Assembly: GCA_012295275.1 (NCBI GenBank)
Contig: CM022673.1
Span: 24,118,001 to 24,182,000, forward strand
Direction: 5' to 3'
Length of the DNA stretch: 64,000 nucleotides
Source: Chrysomallon squamiferum
Lineage: Eukaryota; Animalia; Mollusca
Numbering within the stretch: the first letter of the stretch is position 1; every line of letters starts with the position of its first letter. This document shows, in pieces, positions 14,843 through 28,976 of this stretch. The translations under genes were made by a program, and so were the position numbers. Under the pieces are notes generated by a model. It did no database searches. It had not been told where the DNA came from and saw only the letters and a list, made by a program, of their open reading frames with translations.

Positions 14843-15543
14843 TAAAAATTAATTAAAAAAATTGTTTGTTCCAGCTCTTCATTTCTTTTAGTAATTCCAA
14901 GCTTATTAAGGATCTGACTGCTTAGCAAGATTTTATTGGTACAAACTAATACTTATTTTATAACCTTTCAGTTAATTCTGTCAGTTTAAATAATCTCCTA
15001 ATAATAAACTAATACATATTTAAAAACCATTCTGGAGATTTTTATATTCTTAAATATCTGTTTTCACTTAAAGGTTAATAAGTTTACTTTTGATAACTAA
15101 ATATAATCAAATAAATGAAGAAATATAAACAAGTAAATATGGGAACAAATTTATGTAAGTCAATAATAATAATAAAAATAATAATAATAATAAATAAATA
15201 AATTTAAATAATAACAGTATAATCTTAATCAAATTACTATTATTATTATTAGTAGTAGTAGTATTATTATTATTATTGTTGATGAAATTGTATTAACATC
15301 TCAGTTACTAAAGTATCACTTCTGTTGGATGTTGATAAACATTCATTAATTCCTAGATAAAAAATTTTAACAGTTTTCCACAAATAAGCAAAAAAGTCTA
15401 TAAAACCTTCTTAGAAAAAAAAAAATATTCAATTAATCTATATGAAAACAGAAAAATAAAATGTAGCTTACCTTTTGCCTGTAATTATTATTTCTTTCAT
15501 GTTTTAATATTCCTCAGTTAAAGGCCTCTCTCTCTCTTTCTGT

Positions 15544-15579
<36 letters not shown>

Positions 15580-15599
15580 GAAACCTGGTTTTATCTCAC

Positions 15600-15880
15600 A
15601 GAAGATAACAACTGACGGTTTCACTGCGTTTACCGCAAACTCCCCGCACTGACAGTCTGGCTCTCGCACGCTGATCTGTGAATGGTGCTGCGTCTGTCAC
15701 TCACAGCTGGTCATGTGACCTGTCACCAGGCTCACACCAGCTGGTTAAAGACTACTGGGGTCTGGTTCTTGGGAGCAGAACTTTTATTTTGATTCACTGG
15801 TCATTGAGAAAACGGTACTGGGGGGAGGATGAGGATATTTTGACTGTGGGGGGTGGTGCTGGTATGTTCTGATTGGTAGA
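15600..15880 (-). promoter_or_regulatory. Promoter-like cluster facing left, inside the inferred EMC10 intron
   Basis: Minus-strand Inr TCAGTT (15615-15610), GGTCATGTGACC E/M-box (15709-15720), a GGGGTGG box, CCAAT (15871-15876), followed by ATG at 15500 and an AG|GTAAGC donor. Confidence 0.4.
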
Positions 15881-15969
15881 GGGTTTATTTTTAACAGTTT
15901 GGCTAATTGAGTGTAGGAGGATATATTGGGAAAAATATGAGTGATATGGTTTTGTTATAATGCGTTTCT

Positions 15970-16420
15970 GATGGCTATATTTTAATGAAACAAATAGATT
16001 GGTTGTATTTTAATAATACAACTAGGTTGGCTATATTTTAATAATATAAATAAATTGACTATATTTTAATAATATAAATAAATTAACTTTATTTTAATGA
16101 TACAAATAGGTTTGCTATATTTTAATGATACAAATAGCTTGGTTGTATTTTAATAATACAACTAGTTTGGCTGTATTTTAATAATATAAATAAATTGGCT
16201 ATATTTTAATAATATAAATAAATTAGCTATATTTTAATGACAGAAATAGGTTGGCTCTATAATTTTAATAATATAAATAAATTAGCTATATTTTAATGAT
16301 ACACTAGGTTGGCTATATTTTAATAATATAAACAGGTTGGCTGTATTTTAATTGTACAAATAGGTTATACAACTGAATTGGTTATATTTAATGATACAAC
16401 TGAATAGGTTACATTTTAAT
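15970..16420. repeat. ~30-bp AT-rich minisatellite
   Basis: ggctatattttaataatataaataaatt / ggttggctatattttaatgatacaaata units. Confidence 0.85.
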
Positions 16421-18926
16421 GATGTAACTGACTTTACTATGTTTTCTAAATATAACTATATTTTAACCAGTAATATATATGACATGCATCATTACCTTAT
16501 TCTTTACATTAATCTGATAATCCTCACATTCGTTACCACGGAAGCATACACTGTACAAAGACTCGAATCACTCTGAAGCAGTAAGCACATGCACGTACAC
16601 ATACACATTCTGATGATTGCTTTAACTGCGTCTGGAATGATGAACAAAACACCTGTGTGTTTATCAACATTCACATCGTTGTCTTGATATCAACACACAG
16701 AACATTTTCATTGGCTATTGCCAAATGGTCATGGAAAGATGAAAAGTAAAATTAAAATTGAAGTAAATAAACCTTGTTTAGAACATGAACAAAGACTTTG
16801 AAATGTCGACAGATAAAACTACTAAGTCAGCTGTGACTTTTTCATTTAAATAAACGTTCAAGTTTGTACACACGTATATACATACACACATGCACACTCA
16901 TACACACACACATATACATACACACACATAAATATAAAAACAACACACATACACACACACACACACACACACTGACATGCTCAAAGGGCTTGACTTAATC
17001 CAATAATCCAGTGCCACAGTAGTCAGCTGTAATATAAATAAAAAGTGATGAAATAATAATCAGTATTCTGAAAGTATGTCATGATATATATATATATATA
17101 TATATATATAAATTTTAATAATTGTTTTATGAATTTAATTAACTAAAACTAAGAACCCAACTTTTCCCACAAGTTTTCAAACGACTTACATGTAAATAAA
17201 ATATTAATACATTACATATTTAGTCGGTTTGCAGCAGAAATACTAAATATTTTCTTGATGAACAAGCATGTTTATTTTGTGATTTTTATCACTGTAAAAA
17301 GATCATATCAGTCTATGACAGCAAACCTCTGCTGAACAATAAAAAGATTCAGTGAAAATGAATTAGGTTAATTTGTAATTTATTTTAAAAGAGATAAAAT
17401 TTGATTGTTTAGAATGTGTAATATAAAACTTTTAGAATATAAAATTTAATATTTTTTGTCTTCTTAATGTAGTTTGTGATAAATTAAATTTTAATTTTAG
17501 GAATATGAAATCTGGAATATTTAAAAATGAACAAAAGAGAGAAGCCTGTTTTGCCAAGTAATCTGAAATAAAAAGACATTTTGGGTTTTTTTGTTTTTTT
17601 TGAATTGTGAAATTTTTTATAAATGGTATATCAGACAGAGTGTATAATTTATATGATGTTAATGTAACTGCTGATGTACCTTATCATCCAACTTCAATGA
17701 ATACAAAAAAAATATTTTTAAATGTTTATGCTTTAAGTGTGTATATGTATGACTGTGTGTGTATGTGAGTACACTTTAGTAAAAAAAGAATACACAGTGA
17801 TAGTTACTTGAAGAGCAGACATTCTTGTGCATAGAACTTACTAAAAGTAGACATTTTTTAAAATGTATATATAAATGTGTGTGTGTGTGTATGTGTGTAA
17901 ACACACATGTGACTGCAGGTTTCAGTATAAAAAGTTACGCTGGCTGTTTGAACATTATTGGTTCTGCTCTGGAGAGAGAGAGTTCACAGAAACTGTTCTG
18001 AAGTACACATCAGCATCTGTTTTCTAGCTTTCTGACTTTCAGAATATCTTTTCTTTTACAGTGAAACAATTGTCAGTTGAGAAACATGCATTTTATCTGG
18101 GGTATTAATAAAACACCTCAATGTACACAGAGAGATTGGGGTGCCAAGATTACAGTCATGAAAGACAAAACTTTCATTAAATTTTACAAGCATCAACAGA
18201 TAATAAATTTAAAACATTTCTTTGTAGAGAGTTTGTTTTCTTTTTGATGGGAGAATCAGTAATGTGTGTTACATTACAAAAACAAACAAACTAAAACACT
18301 ATAATACATTTATTTCAATTCACATTACACAAAAGTAGAGCATTTAAAAAAAAAGTATTTATTACAGTTTATTACATATTTGTTTATTTTCGCACAGATT
18401 TTAAAGTGTTTATTTTTGGCAGGTATGGTAATTTGTATACCAGCTGCGGAATTCAGTGTGTAAATAAGAGAGTGATTTAATTAACAGAGAGTGAGAGAAC
18501 AACACTGTGTTCACCTTGTAATGTACCACCAGTCATTACACTACCCTTAAACATTTTAATACACATTTTATATATATATATATAACAACTAGATGTAACT
18601 GCCATGAATCATTTCTACTCTTAAAAGAAATAATTTATTTGGACATAATTAGTTGCTACATTTTGGAGCAAAACAATGTACTTCACCTTTTTTTTCTTTT
18701 TTCTGTTTTTTTTTCTTTTTTTCTTCTGTTCTCTAATTAGATTTTAAAAAAAAAAAAAATAGGACTAAGAAGAAGCTGGCAACACCTGATAAACCTGGCA
18801 TTTCACTTTTTCTTTTTTTTTTGGTTTTTTTTACATTTCTGTTTCTAGTATTTGTTTTATGAACATCTGTGAAATAATCATTATTGTTCTTTATTATTCT
18901 TTGGACATCTTTTAACCTTCCTTGTT

Positions 18927-18995
<69 letters not shown>

Positions 18996-21029
18996 CTAAA
19001 TCCTGCTAATTTTGTACTGAAATCAGTTATATACTGATGTATTGCTAATGCAGTATGACACACATCTGTGACATATCTGTGATACTAAACACCGGTGTGA
19101 TAACCTGATGCTTCTACAACAAGTTGGAAATTAACTCTCGATGCTGTGCTATACATAGAAGGAAGGGATCAATGCCTCACTCTTATCAGTTCGTTCATCT
19201 TGGAGAGGAATTAACCCTACCTGGCACATGTCACAGTGAAAGATCTGATGCAGATATTAACCCCGTATATGACAAATCACAAATATCAGAGTTTGTTCAG
19301 TGCAGTTATTAACATTCAGAAAAAGTACTTTTTAAATAAACACGAAGTATTTCTTCCTTCACACGTTTGATAAATATTAATTTGATATGAATATTAATTT
19401 TCTTTCTTTTCACTAATGTTGATTTTACCTGAATTTTGATCTGACAGGCAAAATGTGAATAGTTATTTGTTAATAATATTTGTAATAAAAAAATAGATAT
19501 TTATTTATTTATTTATTTATTTAAAAACACAAGATTACAGGAATAATGGATATTGTCTGTCAGACATATGTTTTCATTATTTAAATTTATAATTAAAATT
19601 AAAACTGTTACCAATCCATACATTATAAAATAATAAGATATGTTTCACATCCATCTTCAGACAGCATGTTGCACAATCTTTGATAAATCAGTATGAAGGA
19701 GCAATGGTTGGATTTGGAAACAGCTCAAAGTATACTCTGAAGAGATTTGATCGAGCTTCTTATAGTTACTAGACAGATCTCTCAGTGAAATATCTGAAGA
19801 AACCAGAAACAAAACGAAGAAGTAACTGATACACAAGAAGTGATTTTCCAAGTGAAACAAAGTCAATGCTTTATAAAAATAAAACAAAGATAAGATTTTT
19901 GTGAGAAATTCCTGGAAAATGTCCAGACTCTCAGTTTTATTGAGGAGAGAGAAAATGTGATCAGTTTGTTGTTTCACTTCATTTCACCCAGACATCTGAC
20001 TTTATTTTTTTCACATCACTTTCTTCATCTGCAAAACCCTTTTTATTTATAATTATTTTTCTTTGTCAGTTTTCTAAGAGCTTGAATGTTAATCATCATG
20101 TAGCTAAATCTCAGTATAAACACAGATAAGGAATGTTTCAGGGTAATGTTCTACAAGTTTAAATTTATGATCAAAGCAGAAACAAAAAGAAGAAAAAAAA
20201 ACCATTCATTCTGTCTGTACGAGACTAAATGGCTACACAGCATGAGTCAGGTAATAATCATTTACCTGTAGGTAAACACACAGCTCAATAATTTCTTCTT
20301 TATTTTATTTTCTCTTTTTATTTCTTTCCTGTTTTTATTTTTGTGTCTTTCTTTTTAATTTTTTTTTTCTGTTTTCATTTTGTTTCTTTTTTTCTTTTTT
20401 TTCTTTCCTGTTTTCGTTTTGTTTCGATCTTTTAAATTTTGTTTTGCTGTTTTCATTTTGTTTCTTTGTCTTTTTTATTTCGTTTTTATTCTTTATTCTT
20501 TTGTTTTGGTGGGGGTTGTCTTTCAAATTCTGTTTTTCTTTTCAAATGGTTTGTGTTTGTAAGAACAACAACAACAACAACAACAACAATTTTTTTTTTT
20601 TTATCATTATTTTTTTTTTTTGTAGACATAATCAATATTTCAAACTTGTACTACTTTTGTAGCAAACGATATTCAGAAAAACTGCTTATTCATTCTTCAT
20701 GAACATTGTTAAATTTGTAAAGACTCTGAACAGATAAGAAATTATTTCAGTCACAGAGCTAAATATTTAATTGGGCTTTATCTCAGAATCCAGTGCCATT
20801 TATAGAACCTATAATTCATTGAGAGATTATTTTATTTTTAGTTTCTTATTCATTACATATTATTTCTTTTTGTCATCATTGTGGTCAGTAATACCTCTTG
20901 AAATGCAGAACGTGTTAAACTTAGTATAATTAAACTTCAAATGCTGGTAGCTATTAAACTTTAGTCGTGCACTGAATGCCAATTTGTATTCATGCATGCA
21001 TGTGTATGTAAGAGAGACAGAGACAGGCT

Positions 21030-21067
<38 letters not shown>

Positions 21068-21117
21068 AGAGGGAGAGGGAGAGAGAGCAGATGTATAACC
21101 CCAGCTGACTGAGTGAC

Positions 21118-21312
21118 TGTTAGTTCAATCTTCAGACAGTGAATAATAATTAATTGTTATTTTATTTTTAATTCCAGTGGATGTTAGTTCAATCTTCAGA
21201 CAATGATTAATAATTAATTGTTGTTTTATTTTTGATTTCAGTGGATGTTAGTTCAATCTTCAGACAATGATTAATAATTAATTGTTGTTTTATTGTTGAT
21301 TTCAGTGGATGT
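21118..21312 (+). repeat. 64-bp tandem repeat x3 that copies the EMC10 last-exon splice acceptor and first codons
   Basis: cag|TGGATGT recurs with exon-like starts at 21178, 21242 and 21306, exactly 64 bp apart. Confidence 0.95.
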
Positions 21313-21386
21313 ACATCGTTCCGTTTGTGATCATCATGATGGTGATGTCAAATGCAGAACCACAGGCTCAGGGAGGAGGCCGCTGA
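21306..21386 (+). CDS. EMC10: Last coding exon of ER membrane protein complex subunit 10; upstream exons not found in this window
   Basis: The acceptor gttgatttcag is followed in phase 0 by WMYIVPFVIIMMVMSNAEPQAQGGGR*. This matches the EMC10 C-terminal TM helix plus Gly-rich tail (human ...[27 protein letters not shown]...GR, recalled). Confidence 0.85.
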   Translation, partial: WMYIVPFVIIMMVMSNAEPQAQGGGR

Positions 21387-21487
21387 ACAAGAACAAATAA
21401 ACACGAACAGAACAACATTTCTAAATACATGGAACATTTTTCTAAATCTGTGAAACAATACAACATCTTTACGGAAATATTTTGAAA

Positions 21488-21519
<32 letters not shown>

Positions 21520-22310
21520 ATCTAAAACCTGTACATAATTTTTAATCGGACGAGAATGTTTTTTTTATTTCAAACTAATTTCTTTACTGTAAGTTAAATC
21601 TCTCTCTGTACTGAAAAACGTAAAACTAATAAATGCACGACTGACTACAAGAAAGCACAAAAACACGTATTTCTCGTATGAACATAACAATGTAGTTTAA
21701 CTTTTGTTGTACTGTTTTAAGTTTTCGTTCGTCTTGTTATCATCATGTCAATACCGTACTGAAATAATGCTGTGACTGTTATAAAATGTGTTGACCAAAT
21801 ATTAGCTTATCCACAGAACAAAGAAAGAAAAAAAAAAAAAAAAAAAAAAAAACAGGACAAAAAAATTACAACCACAGAAGTACAGAGTGATCATCAAAGA
21901 ATATTGTTGCCATGCCAAACTGCTTCCGTTCTTAATGTTACAAATAATTTACACAGTTTTTGCATAGCAGACGCAGACAGATTGCCGCGATTTCTTACAT
22001 CTGTTCAAATTAAAACATGTATCACCATGGCAAGTATAGTTTAAATTATGCTTCATGTTAATTTGAGTACGTTCTTTTTTTTTTTTTTTTTTTTTTTTAA
22101 ATTGTTAACAAATTGTGAGTCTGATAAAACAGTGATTGTACATGGCGTTATTTTGAGGTCCTTTTGCTACATCATACTTTGTTTATGCACAAGAAAAGAA
22201 TGATATTGTATGAACAGATTAACTGTTAAAAATTTCTCTTTTTTGTTTCATGATTTCATTTCAATCGTTTATGTAAAATAAATAAATGAGAGAGAATAAA
22301 AGATAAATCG

Positions 22311-22387
<77 letters not shown>

Positions 22388-23143
22388 AGTAAACTTTATA
22401 TAAAATTAGTTTTTAAATGTGTAATAAAAATTAAATGTATTTTCAAGTACTTTTAGCTTGACATTGTTAAACGTGTCAGTTCAATTTGTACATGATGCTG
22501 TAATAAATTATTTCTCTCTTTGAGTTCACCTTTTATGTTATTTTCTTATAACTGGTTTTGTCTCGGAGAGCTGCGTGTTGTTTTGAGGTAGACGCTGTGG
22601 AGGTAATTAATCAGACATTCCACAGTGGAACTGTCAAATCTTATTTCACGTGTATACGTGTACTTTTACACGCTTTATTAATACACCTTTTCATCTGCCA
22701 CATATTTATTCATCTGTTAAAGCTTTAACTTCTTCAGTCCTTCATCTAATCGATTGATCCATCCATCCATCCGTTTGTTTATCAACCTATCAGATCACAT
22801 CTCTGTCATTGTCCCATAATTTAAATCTATGAAAGATTGAAAAAAAAAAAAATTAAGAAGAAGAAGAATAAAAGAAGTAAAAGCTGCAGATGAATAAAGA
22901 AAATTAGAAATAAAAATAAAGAGAAAACGAATTTATAAAAAAAAAAAAAAATAGAAATCCGATTTTCTGAAATGGTTAGCAGCATGCAAAATGAAAAGTT
23001 AAATATTTAACACATAAACAGTTTTGTGTTCACACGATGTTTGTGACGTCACAGAGATAAAATGTCGAACCAAAGAACCCGTTTTAGCCCTTTGTCGTGC
23101 TTCTGTCTCAGATATCCTAGCATTTTATTTTATTTTTATTTTA

Positions 23144-23176
<33 letters not shown>

Positions 23177-24278
23177 TATTTTTATTAAACTGCAGTTCGC
23201 CAGCACCTAACAGCGTGTTTGTTGATTGAGAACGAGGTAATCGGATTTCTTAACGTGTCAGCAATGCACTTTTAAATCGCTCAAGTTGTCAAAACACAAA
23301 ACATTTGTTTTGTAGTCTGCATTGGTTAAATATTTGACTGTCTGAAACGATCTGTCATATATTATAAACGTGATTTTTGAAAAAAAAAGAAAAAAAAAAC
23401 CAGAAGAAGAAATAATGTAGACATCGTTTACCATGTTAGAAAAAAATAAATTCAGATGCATCAGATTTTCAAAAACAAGACTTAAGTTTGGGTTTCTTGA
23501 ATAAAAGAATATTTATTAAGTCTCAGCATGTTCCCCCCAGACAAATAAAACAAACCCAGTGAACCAGTAAATATGATTTATTTGATCTAAAGAAAAAAAA
23601 ATAAAAATAAAAATAATATTAAATAAAAAATAATAATTACTATATTAAATTTTAAAAATTTCATCAGAAATGACGTTTAATAAATAACGTTTATGAAAAA
23701 AAAAAAAATCGAAAAATATTGATCGTTTGTTTGGAAAACAAATAATATTTTTTATTTTTAATAGGAAAATGATGTACAAGTTCGTTTATGACAACATTTA
23801 TATGAGGTACCAGTCGATTTAAAATTAAATGTTCTTCATGAATACCATCTTCGAATCTATATATATTTTATAAATAAATAAATAAGTAATGATGATGGTA
23901 AAGAAAGATAATAATTATAATTATAAAGATAATGATAAAATAATGATAATAATGATAACAATCTACAAAAACAAAATAAAAAACTTATAACCTCTTGTGC
24001 GCATATCTTCAAGTTGACATTTTCAACAAAAATTTTCTCAAATAAGGAACATTTCCCATAATTACATGTAATCAAAAAGTTTTCACGTGTTTGTGTTTTC
24101 TTTTCAGTGCAGTCATTAAGAACATTAATGTGTCGTAAAAGTATCGTCCTACATAACTGACTGTAATGCACGTTATTTCGACGTCATCACCGTGGTTTTC
24201 AAACGCCACCACAGCGGTATCATTTGTGTGATTATTATCCTGCCGTGTTAGTGTGCGTCATTTTAAAAATTATTATTA

Positions 24279-24319
<41 letters not shown>

Positions 24320-26235
24320 TTTTTTTTTTATTTTACTGTCAATAAAATAAGTATTGTGCTGGGTTTCTTTTTTTTCTTTTCTTTTAAAAAAAAAAAAAAA
24401 AAACAGCTGACGACTCAGTAAATGTATACTGAACCAAAAATTACATATTTATTTACCTAGATGATTTGAAACGTAATGAAATGAATGAATGAACTGATGA
24501 ATAATAATGATAATAATAATAATTAAATAAATAAATAAATATGTCGTTATTGGATCTATAATTGCACTTGTTAGAAGTATTCTTTCTGGAATGAAACAAG
24601 AATACCATCTAATACAGACGTTAAAAGAAAAGAAAAAAACAAGAGAGAAAGAAAAAGAAAAGAAATATCTTTCGCCTTTTAACATATAAATAGCGTGAAT
24701 GTGTGAGAAAGATAGCGAGAAAGGAAGAGCGAACGACAGACGCACAGAGAAAAAGAAACAGAAGAAGAAGAAAAAAGAAGACAACAAATTAAGACTTCTG
24801 TACGTTTACTAAAAGTACAGTTGATAATCATCACGACTGACTGTTTTTGGTCAGAGAATTAAAAGTGTGACGGAAACCAGACAGAGTTTATCTTCTGATT
24901 CGTGCTGTGGTCATTTGTCATTTGTTAGGTCATCTAGCACAGGCCTGCATTCAGTTCAGAAGAAGAAAAAAAAAAAAAGATGATATTTGTTGTATTCATC
25001 AGATAACTGCTATGTGTCATAATACTCGACTAGGGACCTCACGTTCGCTTTGTCTGACATATACATAAGTTATATAACCTTTTTAGTTCCATTTTTTTTT
25101 AAATTTATATAATGCACTTTTTCTTTCCTATTTTTTTTTTTTTTTTTTTTTTTTTTTTGTTTGTTTCTCAAATCATTTTTTTTTTTTTTTTTTTAATATC
25201 ATTTCTGTATTTTTCGCCAAATGAATGCACAGACATTCACAAAAACATATGTTATTTGTAACAAAAAAGTTTTGACAGTAATCTCGTCCATTCACGCAGC
25301 AAACGAGAACTACAATTGGCCGAGCTCATAGTTACTATAACAACAAGCGTGACGTATTCATTAATGAATAAGAGTTGATGACGCAACAATAACGACAGTA
25401 TTTTAACTAGAAGCTTTTAACACACCTAAAATGAGCACGACACGAAGCTAGTTTATATCAGATGTGTAATCTAAAATAAACAACGACCTGCGCATTACGA
25501 GCAAATTACGACGTTGTGTTCTAGACAATATGTCGTGTAAATTAGACTTTTCTCTTTTAATCTAGCATTTGGAAAAACGAAAATAGTTCAGACACGTAAT
25601 ATACGTACCACATCAAAAAAATACTTAAACAGTTTCAGAACTAAATATATCACGTTACTAATAATGATATTCACACTTATTAACCTCAACACAACCCACA
25701 CAACAACAACAAAACAAAACACAACCAAACATGCCTTAAAAAAAAAAAAAAAAAATAAATAAAAAAAATAATATTAAAGAAATGACGACTGAAAATTAAG
25801 AAAAGAAAATAGAAACAAACAAACCAAAGGAAAGCAAAAACTATTTTGTTTAAAATAAATTCATGACATTAAATGGCAGTTTCTTTTAGGTGGCAGTCTC
25901 AAAACAAATCAGAAATAGTTCATTTAAAGAGAGAATTCTTAGAAAGACACAACAATGTCGTCGTGAGTAAAATCTTAAATATTTAACACTGCAATGATCT
26001 CATTTTAACGTAACAACGTAGACGTCAACATCATCTAAATAAACTAAACAAACTTTTACCCAAGTGAACAATAGTCTATCACATGACAATACCAAGTCCT
26101 CAGATAACGATGAAATACTAGCAATCTGATTTAGACAAGCGATTCGAGATCTACTGCATGTCTGCACCGTCTGGAGATAATTTTTATATTCCATCTCACA
26201 GACAGCAAATATATCACTGACTGATAGATGTGCTA

Positions 26236-26280
<45 letters not shown>

Positions 26281-26536
26281 CAACAACAAAAGGACAACAA
26301 CTATGTCTTCATATTTTTTCCATTATCATCATCAACATCACAATTATCGCCATCATTATCATAAAACCATACACCAATAAGACTGTTTGTCCTTATCATT
26401 ATTATCATTTCATTTTTTTTTTCTTATTTTTAAAAAAAAACATTTATTTGTTAGTATCAGCCTACAAGAATTTCATGTAATTGTTGGGAATTGTTTATAA
26501 TTGTGAATTGTTGTAATTATCTTCAGACTAAGTAAC

Positions 26537-26575
<39 letters not shown>

Positions 26576-27006
26576 TTAATGCGGATTGTGAAGATTGTAA
26601 AAGACGTGATGACATATTCGTCATCAAAATAGATCCTTCGTCAGATTAACTTGATACAAGAAACGACAGTCCCTTTCACCAGTTCACTTATGTTAATGGT
26701 GTTTAGTTTAAATAAGGCATGGAAACTAACAGCTTTTAAAAAGAAAAAAGAAACAAATAATAATCAATACTGAAAATGGAAGACGGTTATTATTTTCTAT
26801 AGAAGATAGAAATAATGAAATGTTTACTTGGAAATAGGAACAAACTATTGTTAGCTTTTTTTTTATCTGTTTACATTAAACGCGTCATGGTGACACAAAA
26901 AGAAATAAAAGAGGTTTATTTCAAATACGTCTGTCTGTGATCTCTTCAGTTTTATATCGGCCAAACAATGTTTTACTTATTTTATTTATTTGTATGAGTT
27001 ATTACG

Positions 27007-27470
27007 GTTGATATTTTATATATTTTATTTATTATTTAAGTTGATATTTTACATATTTTATTTATTATTTAAGTTGATATTCTACATATTTTATTTATTA
27101 TTTAAGTTGATATTTTACTTATTTTATTTATGATTAAATTTAATGGTTTACCTTTTTTATTACTAATGTTGATATTTTATATTTCTTCTTATTATTAAAG
27201 TTGATATTTTACACATTTTATTTATTATTACAACTGATAATTTATATATTTTATTTATTACTAATGTTGATATTTTATATTCCTTATTATTATTAACGTT
27301 GATAATTTATATATTTTATTTATTAAAACTGACATTTTATATATTTTATTTATTATTAAAATGAATATTTTTATATATTTTTTTAATATTAAAGTTGATA
27401 TTTATATATTTTATTTATTAAAGATGATATTTTTTATATATATATATATTTAAATTCGATATTTTCCTAT
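27007..27470. repeat. ~30-bp AT-rich minisatellite
   Basis: gttgatattttatatattttatttattattaa units. Confidence 0.85.
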
Positions 27471-27589
27471 TGGCTATTGATCAGAGATATGCTAGTAAGT
27501 AGAACAATTTATACATAAAAAAAAAAAAAAAAAAAAAAAAATAATAATAATAATCATAATAAATAAATAAAAAACGAAAATCCTACAAA

Positions 27590-27960
27590 AATTCGCCGAA
27601 TATTCGTCTTAATTTCGAAGCAAAACTGTCACCCCCGGGCAAGGCCGTGCGCAAAAGTGCGCGAGGTTTATGAAATAATTCGTGGGCATAAACACGAATT
27701 GGCAGCTTCCATTAACAACTCTACATGAAAGCGCCGACCTGCCACGTGACTCGGGATGCTGGGAATTATCCTCGCATGCAGTTTGTCTTTCACCTGTGAA
27801 GACGGCGAACCATTTTTTTTTCAGGAAGTTACCAACCGATAATTACACGAACTACGGTCGGAAATAGAAACGTTTGCCCCATAGCGAAATTGCGCAGCAT
27901 TAACTCGTAACACTATTACTGTCAACACTGACCAACTGATCCGTTCGAAATCGTTTTCGT
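27590..27960. promoter_or_regulatory. CpG-rich non-coding island, candidate enhancer or promoter
   Basis: Locally high GC and CpG, GCCACGTGAC E-box at 27741-27750, TGCGCA motifs, no credible ORF. Confidence 0.4.
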
Positions 27961-28289
27961 CTGCTAAAATTGTGAATTATTGCTAATGTAAAAATGTTTT
28001 TTTTTTTTTTCTTTTCAAAACTCTCTACTGATCTACACGCTTTTTTTGTTTGTTTTTTTCGTTTGTTCCGTTTCTTTTTTTTTTTTATCATTGTCATCGA
28101 CGTCATTTTCGTAGTCATTTACGTCATCCTGCTTATGTTAGAAAGTATCCTCTTTAATATTTCATCGTAATCTGTTTTTAGTTTTCCGTTTCATCATCCA
28201 CGTCGTCGTTTTTCAGAGACAGACAGGCACACAACCACACACAGAGAGACAGAGCAGACAAAAAGAAAGGGACACTGAGAAATCAAAAG

Positions 28290-28293
28290 AGAG

Positions 28294-28364
<71 letters not shown>

Positions 28365-28533
28365 AATACATAGAGAGAGATATACGGTTTGACAGATAGC
28401 TATAGAGATAGATAGAGAGAGATAGATAGATAGATAGATAGTTAGATAGATAGATAGATAGAAAGATAGATAGGCATATAGAGATAGATCGATAGTTTGA
28501 TATATATGTGTGTGTGTGTGTGTATATGTATGA

Positions 28534-28582
<49 letters not shown>

Positions 28583-28591
28583 TTCATACAT

Positions 28592-28623
<32 letters not shown>

Positions 28624-28750
28624 AGATAGACAGACAGATAGATGGATAGACAGACAGATAGATGGATAGACAGAGATAGATGGATAGACAGACAGACATA
28701 TATAAATAGAGAGATAACGAAAGAGTTTGAGAAAGAGCGAGAGAGAGAGA
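28290..28750. repeat. Compound microsatellite (AG)n/(AGAT)n/(TG)n/(AT)n
   Basis: Read directly. Other long (AG)n tracts lie at 14780, 18930, 22315, 29625, 43090, 44163, 47742 and 49476, and (AAT)n at 59455. Confidence 0.95.
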
Positions 28751-28943
28751 CGTGAAAATTAATAAAGATAAATAACTTTACTGGCAGAAGAAGGTCGTAG
28801 GTCTGAACAAGTCTACAAATGCAGCTGAGATCTAATTACAAGTTTGATAAAGCATCAACCCACACAGAAAACTGGCACACAGTTTGTATATCTAAAACTG
28901 AACGTAAATAAATTTGAAAAGAGGAAGGTTATAACTATGACCA

Positions 28944-28976
<33 letters not shown>

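Noticed and set aside
18398-18428. tttttggcag|gtatgg as a recursive splice site or 25-nt exon
   Set aside because: One such motif is expected by chance in a 21-kb intron and nothing else supports it.
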